Shown here one piece after another: positions 52,278-64,000 of a stretch of 64,000 bases of DNA. The stretch lies in the NCBI GenBank assembly GCA_025786725.1, contig JAHLTZ010000015.1:186001-250000 (forward strand). Reading direction: 5' to 3'. The notes under the pieces were generated by a model that had not been told where the DNA came from, searched no databases, and saw only the letters and a program-made list of their open reading frames with translations. The number at the start of each line of letters is the position of its first letter. Positions within the stretch are counted from its first letter, which is position 1. Origin of the DNA: Syncephalis fuscata S228 (Eukaryota > Fungi > Zoopagomycota). Both the position numbers and the translations under genes were made by a program.

Positions 52278-55200
52278 ATGGGCAGACCACTAGATACCAG
52301 TAGTAGTAGTAGTAGTTTAGTATTGCCTTCTTCACCAGGGGTGCATACAGCACACCAGCATGCCATCGATGCAGCCAACCATCCACTAGGAACGCAGGCA
52401 AATTCGTCGGCACATGCCTCCACAGCTTCTTTACCAAGTTCTGCTACAGTTACCGGCAGTGGTGAAGACAATGGACTATGGCAGGCTCTAGGCAAGCTAA
52501 ACATTGCTTCTGATGCGACACCAGGAGAGTTGAACGACAGTAACGAAGTGGCTGGCAATGATGGCTTGTCTACATCAGGCGTTGAGGCCGGTCTAACAAT
52601 GCAATCATCGCTTAAAGCATCATTTAGCCAGTCTCGATTTACAGAAGAAGACACGCTTACGACGAATCCACGCTATCTCTCGCACTTTAATGAACCATTC
52701 CTACTGGACGACGAACGAACGGTAGCGCCGTCGTCCGCTGATGCCGTCGGCCAAGAGCTTGGATCTTCTTTTGTTCGTCGCTACATTCAAATGAACGCTA
52801 ATAACGACCATTTTCCTATTTTGGTTCGACGTGATAGCCATCCTGAATTGCTTTCGGCATCGACTGCTGCATTTGATCTATCGCTAGGTAACTTTGATGC
52901 CGATCACGATACAAAGACGGCAAATACTACCAATGCTGCCTGGCCATTAGCCAATGTAAATGGCGATGGTTCGTTTGCTTCACGGCCACAGTCAGCAGCC
53001 TCGACATCGCCATCATCGCAAAAATCGCAATTAGTAGGATCAACAACTACTCAGCAACAACGAAGTGGCGAACATTCAGATGAGCATGGACTAGAGGCAC
53101 GACGACTATCGCATCCACAGTCAACGCAGATGGACTTATTGCTGCAAAAGTCACAAATGCGTTCACCATTACCATCTTCTAATAATGCATGGCTTTCATT
53201 TGGTGGCCCATCTTCAAGCAATGCATCTATTGTCAGTAATTTAAACGACACGACAGCTACTGTGGGCAATACACGCAGTATGTCTAATGGTGTTGACATC
53301 AATGCTGCATACGGTGTACATGCTCCACCTCTTGGCCGTACTAAATCGAGCGATATGATGAACGACTTTAATCGCGTTGGCTACAATCTAATCGACCAGC
53401 AATCCAGCGATGGACTAAATGCTCAATCCAACGACGCATTTATGGTGTCTGGACTGCATACACCTTTTACGCCTACTGAAAATGAACTGGGCCTAACACC
53501 ATTTACTAACGGATTTAATGGATTTGCTTCATCAGTTCAAGTAGAGCGTAACGGTGCCAACGCATCCCCAATGCTTACCAATTCAGGCCTTGAAGATGCA
53601 ATGAGCAATGCTGCATCGACTGATCCACATGCAGACAATGCTCATGTTGTATGTCCTTTTTTCCAGCAAGGCTTTTGTCCACGAGGTGAAATGTGCCCAT
53701 TTAGCCATCAGCTATTGCCACCACACGCCAGTGAGGCTAGTATGGCTGCAATGGCCGGTAATAGCATGCATGGTATCCATGGCAGATCCCATTCGCAACA
53801 AATGTCCAATACTGGTACAGCACAAGTATCACCTTCACTTGGCCAATCAGATGCGGCAACAAGAGCATTGCAAAATGCTAGCCAACATGCCAATATGGCA
53901 TCACGATCAGCCGATATGTTTTCATCTGGCTTGTCATCACAGCCAACTTCAACGGCAGCTGGTCGATCACATATCCAATCAACGCAAACCCAGCAACAGC
54001 AACAGCAGCAGCAAGTATCGCAACAGCAACAACAGCAACAAATGTATACTGCTGCCGCTAATATGTCTCGTCCTATAATGCCAGCAATGAATCCTATTAT
54101 GAACACACCTTATCCATTTGGTGCAATGCCAAACTTTGGTACTCCATTCTATCCAGCCTATCCATTTAATCCAATGTATGCTGCTGCTGCTGCTGCCGCT
54201 GCCGCTGCCAATACTGGATTTCCTTATGGTACAACGGCGTATCCACGCTCACCAGGTGCCAATGGACTAGGTATGCCTAACGGCCATCCAATGCCGATCT
54301 CTCCTGCTTATCCTGGCTTTCCAATGGCCGGTCAAATGCCAATGAATGGCCGACCAGGCTCTAATCAGCCTAATGGTGCTGTGCCGCATGATGGTATTCG
54401 TCCAAGTAGCAGCATGTCGAAAAGTGCCTCACACCATAACGGCAAACGACAAGGCAGTACATCACACGAGCAAGAAGCCAACCGTTATGCCGGATTGGTA
54501 CTTGAAGAAATGACTGGTGAAATCTACAATCTATGCAAGGATCAACACGGCTGCCGATTCTTGCAGCGCAAACTTGAAGAGCAGAAACGTAAAAACGTCA
54601 ATTTAATATTTACTGAAGTATCGCCACATGTTGTCGAGCTGATGACCGATCCATTTGGCAACTATTTATGTCAGAAGCTGATTGAGTTTTGCGCTGATGA
54701 CCAACGTACAGCCATTGTAGAAACGGTGGCTCCCGAGCTGCTTACGATTTCATTGAACATGCATGGCACACGTGCTGTTCAAAAGATGATTGAATTTTTA
54801 TCCAGCCCGCAACAAATACGAGTAGTTGTTGCAGCACTTAAACCAAACGTAGTCACCTTAATCAAAGATTTAAATGGCAATCATGTTATTCAAAAATGTT
54901 TAAACCGACTACTATCTATCGACAATCAGTTTATTTATGATGCAGTGGCAGAGCATTGCGTAGAAGTATCAACGCATCGACATGGCTGCTGTGTATTACA
55001 GCGCTGTATCGACCATGCCTCTGATCACCAACGGGTTCAACTGGCCAATGAGATTACCCAACATGCTCATACTTTGGTTCAGGTAATTATTTAAGACTAA
55101 TTAATTGATTAGTCGACTAGTATTAACCAACTATTTATTTTATAGGACCCATTTGGTAATTATGTTGTACAATATGTACTTGATTTGAACGACCAGCGCT

Positions 55201-56009
55201 TTACAGATGGTATGATTCGACGATTTATTGGCCATGTCAGTACACTTTCTGTACAAAAGTTCAGTTCCAATGTGATTGAAAAGTGCATTCGAATGGCGCA
55301 ATTGGATACACGCAAATATCTTATTAGCGAGCTATTGAATCGCGACCGTTTAGAAAAGTTGCTTCGCGATCCATATGCCAACTATGTTGTACAGACTGCA
55401 CTCGATTATGCCGATCCATTGCAACGATCGCAGCTTGTTGACTGTATTCGCCCACTACTGCCTGCGGTCCGCAACACACCATACGGCAAACGTATCCAAA
55501 GCAAGCTGCAACGCGACCCACTTGCCTCTGGATCTATTACGCCGCCTAATAACGGAGATAGCGGCAACTCTAGTGCCGGTTCAAGTATCATTGACTCGAC
55601 ACCTATGAACGGCCATAGTAAAAGCTCGTCTATCGGCAATGGCAATGTGGCCGGCCTCAACGATAACGGCAGTGGCAGTATTAGCGGCAATAATAGCACT
55701 ACCAATCTGGCTAGCCTTGCCGTAGGCAGTGGTGTTATCGGCTCACGTCCCTCGGCCATTAATACCAACACTAATGGCAACAACGGTAGCGGTAATAATA
55801 ATAATACTAGCAGCAGTACTATGTCTCCGCATCCATCAACGAGTAATAGCAGCGGTGCTGGTATTAATATGCCAATTACCTCTGCACTAGGATTTGGATT
55901 TGCACCTGGTCCATTAACGCCAGGCGCGCATACTGCCAGCACATTTACCAACAGCAATGGCAGCAATCCAATTGGCACCGGTTCTAACTTGTGGTGGCCA
56001 ACTTCCTAA
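52278..56009 (+). CDS. Pumilio/PUF RNA-binding protein (Puf4/Mpt5 type) with CCCH zinc finger
   Basis: Eight PUF repeats (DQHGCRFLQ, DPFGNYLCQ, NMHGTRAVQ, DLNGNHVIQ, HRHGCCVLQ, DPFGNYVVQ, KFSSNVIE, DPYANYVVQ); CPFFQQGFCPRGEMCPFSH; intron at 55083-55145. Confidence 0.93.
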
Positions 56010-56704
56010 GTGCTATTCTGCAATTCTGCAATTTATTTGTTTAATTACTATCTATGCTTTCTGCTCCTTTACCTTTTCTCTCCTTTCTCCATCTATCTAT
56101 CTATCTTTCTTTCTCGCTTGAACATGTAAGATGTAATTGTGCCGATACCCAACCACTTTCTTTGCATCTTTTCTTGTCACACTGTCTTTTAGTCCGTTTG
56201 ATTTCTTGACTGTTCCACTATGCCACACATACGCACATGCTTTCCTATTACAACATTACACCTTGGTCCTTTCATTATATCATTATTGTTCGCATCTAAA
56301 TTCACTTGTTTGCTATCACCATTCAGCTAAAGACCCTCGCCTTTCCCTTTCTGTTTTCTTTTCATCTTTGTTTCCTACGTGCTGTTGCATTTACAACAGC
56401 TGCTTTTTCTTTTCCAAACTGATTCTCTCTTTCTTTATCAAACCAACCAACCACCATTACATCATTTGTGCTTTTCCATTCAAAGGAACGATTTGCGTTT
56501 GTTAATAACGACGACGACAATGATAATGGTTGCGTACACGCCTGTATACACGTTAAAGTCATCGCTATTATTTGTTTGGGTATACACACACGGGTGAATT
56601 TCAGATTTATTGTGTTTTTGTTATGTTTCATTGGAAGTACCCACAAATCTATTTCATGTGTTTTAATATTGTTAAAATGGTACTGGAATTTAACACAAAT
56701 GTAA

Positions 56705-57668
56705 CTATACGTGTGCGATAGTTGTAGATTTGCCTTGTTTAAGTCGATCCAAAAAGCTTGCTTTAGATAATTTGGCCAATTGTTCTAATGATAGCCATCA
56801 TCATCATAGTCATATAACCAATGAATTATTATTAGCATGATTTTTACTGTACAAAAGTAGTCCACATGTCTATTCTATTGCCTACCTTTCTCTTTGGCCT
56901 TTGTGGTAGCTACTACCAAGGGTGCCAGTGCTTCATCTCCAGTCTTTTGATGAACACGTACTGCATTAAATAGTTGAATAACTATAATTGCACTGTTAGT
57001 AACTAGTCTAAGCAATGATTAATAAATAGCAAATTACATACCACCTCGTGTAGCCACTTTCTTTAATCTTTTGTCGTAGTCAAGAGTAAGTGCGACCTCG
57101 TCTGGGTCGGTTAAGCGTTGTCGACCTTGTTGTAGCTTTGCATTACGCTCGGCTATCAATACTTTACGTGCTTTACGCTCCAATCGTTCCTCTTCAAGTC
57201 GACGCTCTACAACACGGTTCTTGGCCATTACTGGCACCTATAAAGTATATTCATTAATCATTTCGCTTTGTTATTAATAGTATAGCTACATACCATTGTC
57301 TCATGCTGATTAAGTGACATATTAAGCACACGATCAAGAGCAGCGGCAAACTCTGCCGAATTGTCAACAGCACGAGTACGCTTACGCTCTATAACATCGA
57401 CACGTTAACTATTTCACTTCTATTGAATCTACATAGCTAACGACTTACTTTTCTCTACCATCGCTGCACCATTAATATCATCGCTTGAATCGCTATCATT
57501 TGACTCGTCAAAGCTATCGCTACCTGTATCCTCTTCCTCCTCTTGCTGCTGTAGCTGTTCCACATCCTGCTCTTCTTCTTGTTCGCTCATAGTGGAATCC
57601 TCCATAGCCTCGTCTGATGACACATGGCTTTCCTTCTTTTCCGGTATCCTATTCTTTCGGTTGGCCAT
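56705..57668 (-). CDS. RRP15: Ribosomal RNA-processing protein 15
   Basis: Acidic N-terminus; DKRLKKVATRG|VVQLFNAV..LSKASFLDRLK. Confidence 0.88.
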
Positions 57669-60600
57669 TATAGTCAATGCTACGCGTATACTGTATAGAT
57701 TATGTGCGTTACAAACAATAGCAATCAATCGACCTTGAAGCAAAAATGAGATCAATAGTAAGTAATAACTCTTTTTTCTTTTTTTAAATTTGTCTATTTT
57801 TATCTATAATAATTTTTGCGATTTCACAATCCTCCATCAAAACTTAACAACAATGAGCGTCAAATATCAATGGGTGGGCTTAAAAAAGTTCACATTATTT
57901 TGTTGTGGCGTAGCGAAAACAATTACTTATTACTCAACGCTTATTAATGGAGTGTACACTGTGTAAAAGTACTAATATTGCTCGTCAAACTGCTCAAACA
58001 CCACACAGATCCGTTTAGATGGTATTAAACATGATGGTTGGATTTTTAATCTATCTAAGAACATTTTTGTGGCAAATAAAGAATAACAACGGTATCAGTT
58101 ATCAAGTTTAATTTGTATCTGGTCAGTTTTATCGTATGTCGCAGCAACAATCCGCCAACGGTCATTATATTTTTGACAGCTTGTTCACACGTGACCCGCC
58201 CACCCACAATAACCACCCATGGACTCATAATGCGGACATACCAATTGAAGGCTATATACTATTGCTTTGTTTCTTTACCTTTGGTTACTGCCATTCCTTT
58301 ATCTTATTATTGCGACTGGCGATAGCCATTATTGTTATAGCTACGTCTTTTGCCCTACTACCGCCACCACCACTGCCACCGCTATTGTTTGACTTTAAGA
58401 GCAGCGTTACTGCACTTAGTATCGGGTGCGTGGTCCTCCTTATTTTGCTCCTGTCGCGCATTCGTTTCTCCTTAGTCTTTTGTGTGGTGTGGTGTGTGCG
58501 TGCACATGTGTACCTACACTTTATACCAGTTCAGTTTTGTTGCTTCTATTCATTATATTAAGCAGGAAGTCACGTACTTCTATTAGCTTTGTCGTTACTA
58601 ATCAGGGTCTGAATCTGTACGTATTCTACAATCTACAGTAAGTTGCGTAGCTACAGTGAACCACGCGTTCTCCAATGTGTTTAATGGTAATAATATAGCA
58701 GTAATAGCAACAATAATAGTGGTAGCAATATTGTATTTTATTCTATTCTATTCATACTACTATCTGTTTTCCTGCCTTGTAGTTGTATTGATGCGTGTGA
58801 ATGGCGAATCTGTATGTATATAGGCGTGTGTATCTGTGTATATATGGTGTGGGTGGATAAATAATGAGGCATGGATTGAATGCCAAGTTAATATCAGTTT
58901 ATTGACTTGCAAATGCTTGCCTTATTTTTTCGTTGTTTGAATGAAACAAAGCGCAATTGTTGATAGTCTCAATGGCTGTGGATTAATTAGCGCTATTTCT
59001 ATATCAAAGGCGATTGTAGTCATGGAGTGTGATTATGACCGCCGATCTATCCATTGTTGTTTTATGCATTAAGCAGAGGGGATAGAGGTAAACGGAATTC
59101 AAAGGTATGAAGGCCCGCCAATGAAAGCTTGATATGGTAGTAGACATGCTGGGTGTTGTTACTATTATTACTTTCTGTGCCATTGATATGACTATTCATG
59201 TTGCTATTCTATTATTTTTGTACAGTTTAATAGACGTATAAATAGTGTTTAATAATATACCATGGATGAATTATAAACTGTATAGCGAGAAAGCGAGAGA
59301 CAGAGAAATAGTCCAGCCATGGCCATCTGCCCAATCAGTCGGCGTGCTATACCTGATACAGATTTATTTCCAAAGCAGATGTTGGTCACCCAAACTTCCT
59401 TTAAACTTGACCGCTGCCTTCTGTAACAGTAATACCCTACTCTTTTTCCTTACGACGCTAGTGCAGTAGCAATAGCAATAGCAATAACCATAGCCATAGT
59501 TTAACAGTGGCCATAGCAATAGCATCGGTTATCCCTGCTACTTTATAGTATTTGCAATAGCAGTACTAATTGTTAGTAGTCGCGTTAGTTTACTATTCTT
59601 TACTCAGTCGTATTTCGTAGCTATTACTGTTATTTTGCTGCTTTTACTTTTCCCGTTTATTCTTTAAAAACACCGCGCATAATCTGTAAGTATTAAACAC
59701 AACAGAACAGTTACGGCTTGTCCAGATACATAGGCTTGAACGAGGACAACACAATACCTACTCGTCTTCATCTCTGTATGCCTAGCCCCTTTTGCATGCG
59801 TGCATTGTGCTAGTGAATCTAGCAGGTATTGCGCTGTTTTGTCGGCTACTCGGCAAAGAAATTCAAGCTAGTGGTCAATTGTCGTTGACTGTTGCCTATA
59901 CAATCGTGTGTGTGTGTTGTGTGTATGTGTTAGTGGTGTGAGTGTGAGTGGAGTATGCGTGTATGAGTGTGTATGCGTGTGGTACTAGGTGTATTTGCGT
60001 GTATGCGTATTCGCGTATTGTTTTACGTCGTTGCGCTGCAGCTATTTACCTATACGCTCTATCCAACATACTAGCTCTATTGTTATTATTATCAACAGCG
60101 TTTATTATTGTTATTGTTATTATTATCACTCCTACTGCTATTACTGTTGTGCTCGTCGTGGGTATACGCTTCTTTGGGTGGTGTGGGCGCCTCATCTGCG
60201 TCGCCTACCTACCGGCTTATTTCCCCGTGGACTTGCCCCTTTTTTCTCCTGTCTTGCAGAGTGTGCGTGCACTCCTTCCGCCTCAACGCACTTGCACATC
60301 TCGCTGCTTCACACTACTGGATCCTCGGTGGTTCTGCTTGTGTTGCTATTGCTATACATGAGCTTTTTTATTACTACCAGTTCTAACAGAATTCGCAGGT
60401 AACGGTGTCGTATAGCCACCATCACCACCGCACCACCTTCTGCAACCAGTACACCCCTACACCAACTGCTGGGCCGTTGACCAAGCACTTGCGGCCGTCG
60501 TGATTACGGTGGCCTGGACGACAACAGGTGACAGAGCTGTAAGTATTCTCGACACCTTGTCGCTATCTTCCGATACTAACGACAGCAATGTCATCTCGTC

Positions 60601-60997
60601 CGACTCGGTTGCCTTTGTGAACATTTGCTTTATACTGGCATACACCTCTTGGTTACTCTCTATTCTGTATAGTATACACTACAAAAGTACGTTTCATACA
60701 CGCAGCACCGCTTGTCCTTTTGAACTCTAAGAAAAGCAGGCTTGCACTTACACAGCTACATTACGTGTCTAACAAACGACTAACCCGTTGTTTTTGCCGC
60801 TACTTCTTACTTTCTACGTGTATGCACTATCTATTGTACATGTGGCGTGGCTGTTTTTCCTATTCGTTTTATTCTAAATCTAGTTAGTCTTCTGTGGATC
60901 CAATACTTTGCTATTGCGTATCTGTGCGCAGCCCACGCATCTATCGGTGCCACCGCGCCATTCTTTATTTTAACGTCTTTCGGTTGGTTTGCTGTCG

Positions 60998-63900
60998 ATG
61001 ACCACATCATCCGTAGCATCAGCCGCAACTACCGTCAACTCTGTTTTAGCAGATACTAGCGTTAACCATTGCACTGCAGGCTCCGTTCTAGAGCGCAGCG
61101 CCAACCCAACTGACGGCGAAGCATCGGCCGTTTCACTCTGTAATATGTCGACTACTTCACACGCTATTGGCGATCGAGGTCATGGTGCGTTACTTACGCC
61201 AGACTACAACGATCGTCGACTAGGTGGACGCAATAACTATTTGCGCAATCCTTCTCCTCTTGGCATGCCTACGGAAGGACCTATTGGCTATCAGCGCAAG
61301 CAAGCCTGCGTTGTTGGCACACGTGTAGACACATCCGATGACGCATTTCGAACTATTAAGTCCGATGATCAAATGCGTGCATCTACTGCTTATCGTGCGT
61401 TGGTAACTCGTTTTTCGGAAGCATGGCGAATGGGCTCACGGCTTGATATGCTACGATGGCGTCCTGATCCGCGCTGGCATCCAGATCAGCCAAAATACGA
61501 ACAAAGCTATTCAGTTGACCAAGAGACTCGGCAGGACTTTGCCACGCCTAATAGCCAGAGACAAAGCTGCCGCAGATCGAAAAGTGCACGTAAGTTAACG
61601 CAATGCAGTCATTGCTAATACTTACATAGCATTGCTGCAGACGCTATGCGGATCGTCCCTGGATATCTAGCGCTAAAGTGCAAATGGAAATTGAAGCAGC
61701 AGTTAATAGCGCAAAGGACCGTCCACGCGAAGTACGGGCTGTTATTTCAGCTGCTCGTCCAGCCACTACTATTACTACAAAGATAGCTGCTCGACCAGAT
61801 ACTAATGCCAGCCAGGTGCATTCTACGATAGAAGTAAGCGTTGTAAACAAGCATATATTATAGCTTGTAGAGCATATAGTGTGAATGCAAATTCCAAATA
61901 GCTATAATTACGTAAATGCAGCCCACTAATGCATATATAACATTTATTTATTAGGCCGAGTTATCAAACCAGCAAAATAATAGTGATCGACGTGACGTCA
62001 ACGTTCAACATTGGAAATTATACGAGATGCACGTGCTATTGCACCACCTCGACGTGCATTTAGCAATACAGATGCCGATTCTACTGGTCCACATTCCTCT
62101 TTGTCAAATAACGACACTATAGATGAGCAAGAGCATTTATCGACTGTAGGAACGTTTAAAATGGCAAAACATAACAGTTTAACCGCTCGAGTTAATCCAG
62201 TACCGCAAGTAGGCGATAAACGACCGCCAACAGAAGAGAATGTATCGACAAGTGCAAAACGCCAACGTTCAACATCACTGTTGGAAAATGGTCATAAAAC
62301 GATAGGTCGATCTACTACAGCCATGAGCAGTAAATTAGACAAGCGAGCCATGGCCCGAGAACAGGATAATACGCTGCTATCAGAAACATCGTCTACCAAT
62401 ACACCCAGTCGTCCAGCACATGTATCGAATTCAACTAAAAATAATGCATTTTTAGAACGTGAAAAGGTAATTAATAGATTATATATACATTTATATCGAC
62501 TAATTAGTTTAAATAACGACTATTTAGTTTGTATTACCAGCCATTCCTGAACCAGTTAGTCCCACCTGGCCAATGGAGTCTATGAAAAGTCCTATACATG
62601 ACACCAATGCACCAGTACAACAAACACCAGCTGTTAAACCACCCACAATAGCATCGACGGAAGAAGAAACGGCCACAACTAATGGTAAAAGTAAGTATTT
62701 AATAATATATTAATAATAATAGCTTATTAATAATAAATAGATCATGCTAATACATCCAAGTCAACACCGGCACATGTTTCTAAACCACCACCACCACGCA
62801 CAACTATTAAAAGTTCTAAACGTACTGTACCAGCAGATCGTGCTAATCGTGGTGGCAAAAGAGCCATTCCTGTGGATCCAGCACTGGCTATTGCCATGGA
62901 ATTGGCATCAGATCGTCCTTTAATACTGGATGAATTTTTTGCACGTAATCCTGATCTGCCTCATACAAGTAAGTTGTGTTGATTAATATTGGATAAATAG
63001 TTATTTATTATTTATTATCTGTTTATTTATAGAATTATTGCCACAGCGAGCCTTTCCTGATCATATCGTTGCATTTGATGGTGATGACACTTTATCGTTG
63101 ACATCGATTAGTACAAATAATCAATCACCTGTACCTATTATTAATAATGATGGTAAGATTATTTATTATTTATTTATATAGGCGCATAGACAAATATTAA
63201 TAATACACATTAATAGTTAAAAATGGCCAATCTAAAAAGTCTAATCCTACTGGCCGTATTATTCGATTACACAAACCTGTTACTGTCGTAGATTCGACAA
63301 TAAAAGCCGAGTGTATAACTGCCACTAAAAATGACGATGCTATGAATGTAGACGCCAAGAACGACAGTAACAATGATGGTAGCATTAATACATCTTCTAA
63401 TGCAAAGACATCAGATAGCAGTGCAGTTACACTAAAGAAGAAAACGACAAAATTATCTATTATTAAGTCTACTGACACTTCTACACCGATCGCTAATGAT
63501 ACAACAGATACAGTAACAGTTACAGCTGTATCAGCATCATTGGCGTCTAAAAAACGCAAGTCAGAAGCTAGTACTTCATCGACTACAGCAACTAAGAAGG
63601 CAGATGTAACTAGTTCAACTAAGTTACAAACACCGTCTAAAGAGTTGACAAAAGATAAATTAACGACCAAAAGTTCAAATAGTACCACTGATGGACGCAG
63701 TGCAAATCCTACAAGCCATACAACAACAGCATCACCATCATCATTATCGGATACTAAATCCAGCAAAACTACATCTTTAACTATTGATACTAAAAATGTA
63801 CCTGTGCTGAATGTAGCACCTACTAGCACTACAGCACCTACCTCAACATCATCTCACAGTCATTCTCGTAGTTCTAACAATAATAACAGTAATAATCGCG

Positions 63901-64000
63901 GATCAAGTCAGTCTACTTCTTCTCGACCAGCAGGTAGAGATAATACTGGTAGTAGTAGCACCAGTATTGGTGGTCAACGTGGCCGATCTCGTAGTCGCAG
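60998..64000 (+). CDS. Large Ser/Thr-rich hypothetical protein (multi-exon; runs off window end)
   Basis: Consecutive co-oriented ORFs separated by GT-AG introns (~61589, ~61833, ~62467, ~62691, ~62969, ~63152). No recognised domain. Confidence 0.6.

Overview
AT-rich, intron-dense eukaryotic DNA from an early-diverging fungus. The gene content (EDC4-like, DNAJC12-like, BRI3-like, Myc/Max-type bHLH-Zip, secreted pseudokinase, U12 introns) suggests Zoopagomycota such as Syncephalis; this is an inference. About 20 ordinary multi-exon genes are present, including ALG8, CDK8/SSN3, RIP1, MSM1, POL31, TFB3, SFT2-like, RVB2, a PUF gene and RRP15. There is also an intact single-ORF non-LTR retrotransposon with RNase H and a 17-bp TSD. 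The standout feature is a ~3.4-kb cassette present twice in inverted orientation (2690-6153 and 44834-48233). It holds a secreted-peptide gene that the ORF track misses: a signal/pro-peptide exon, then 15 tandem ~82-bp units, each a conserved GT..AG intron plus a variable exon of exactly 3 nt. Joined in phase 1, copy B reads signal-SPNRVYRR-EEEASRWKYIAEK-stop, i.e. one intron per codon. Two U12-type introns (one AT-AC) and an unannotated metallothionein are also visible. Several genes carry single-base deletions in short runs, probably consensus errors.
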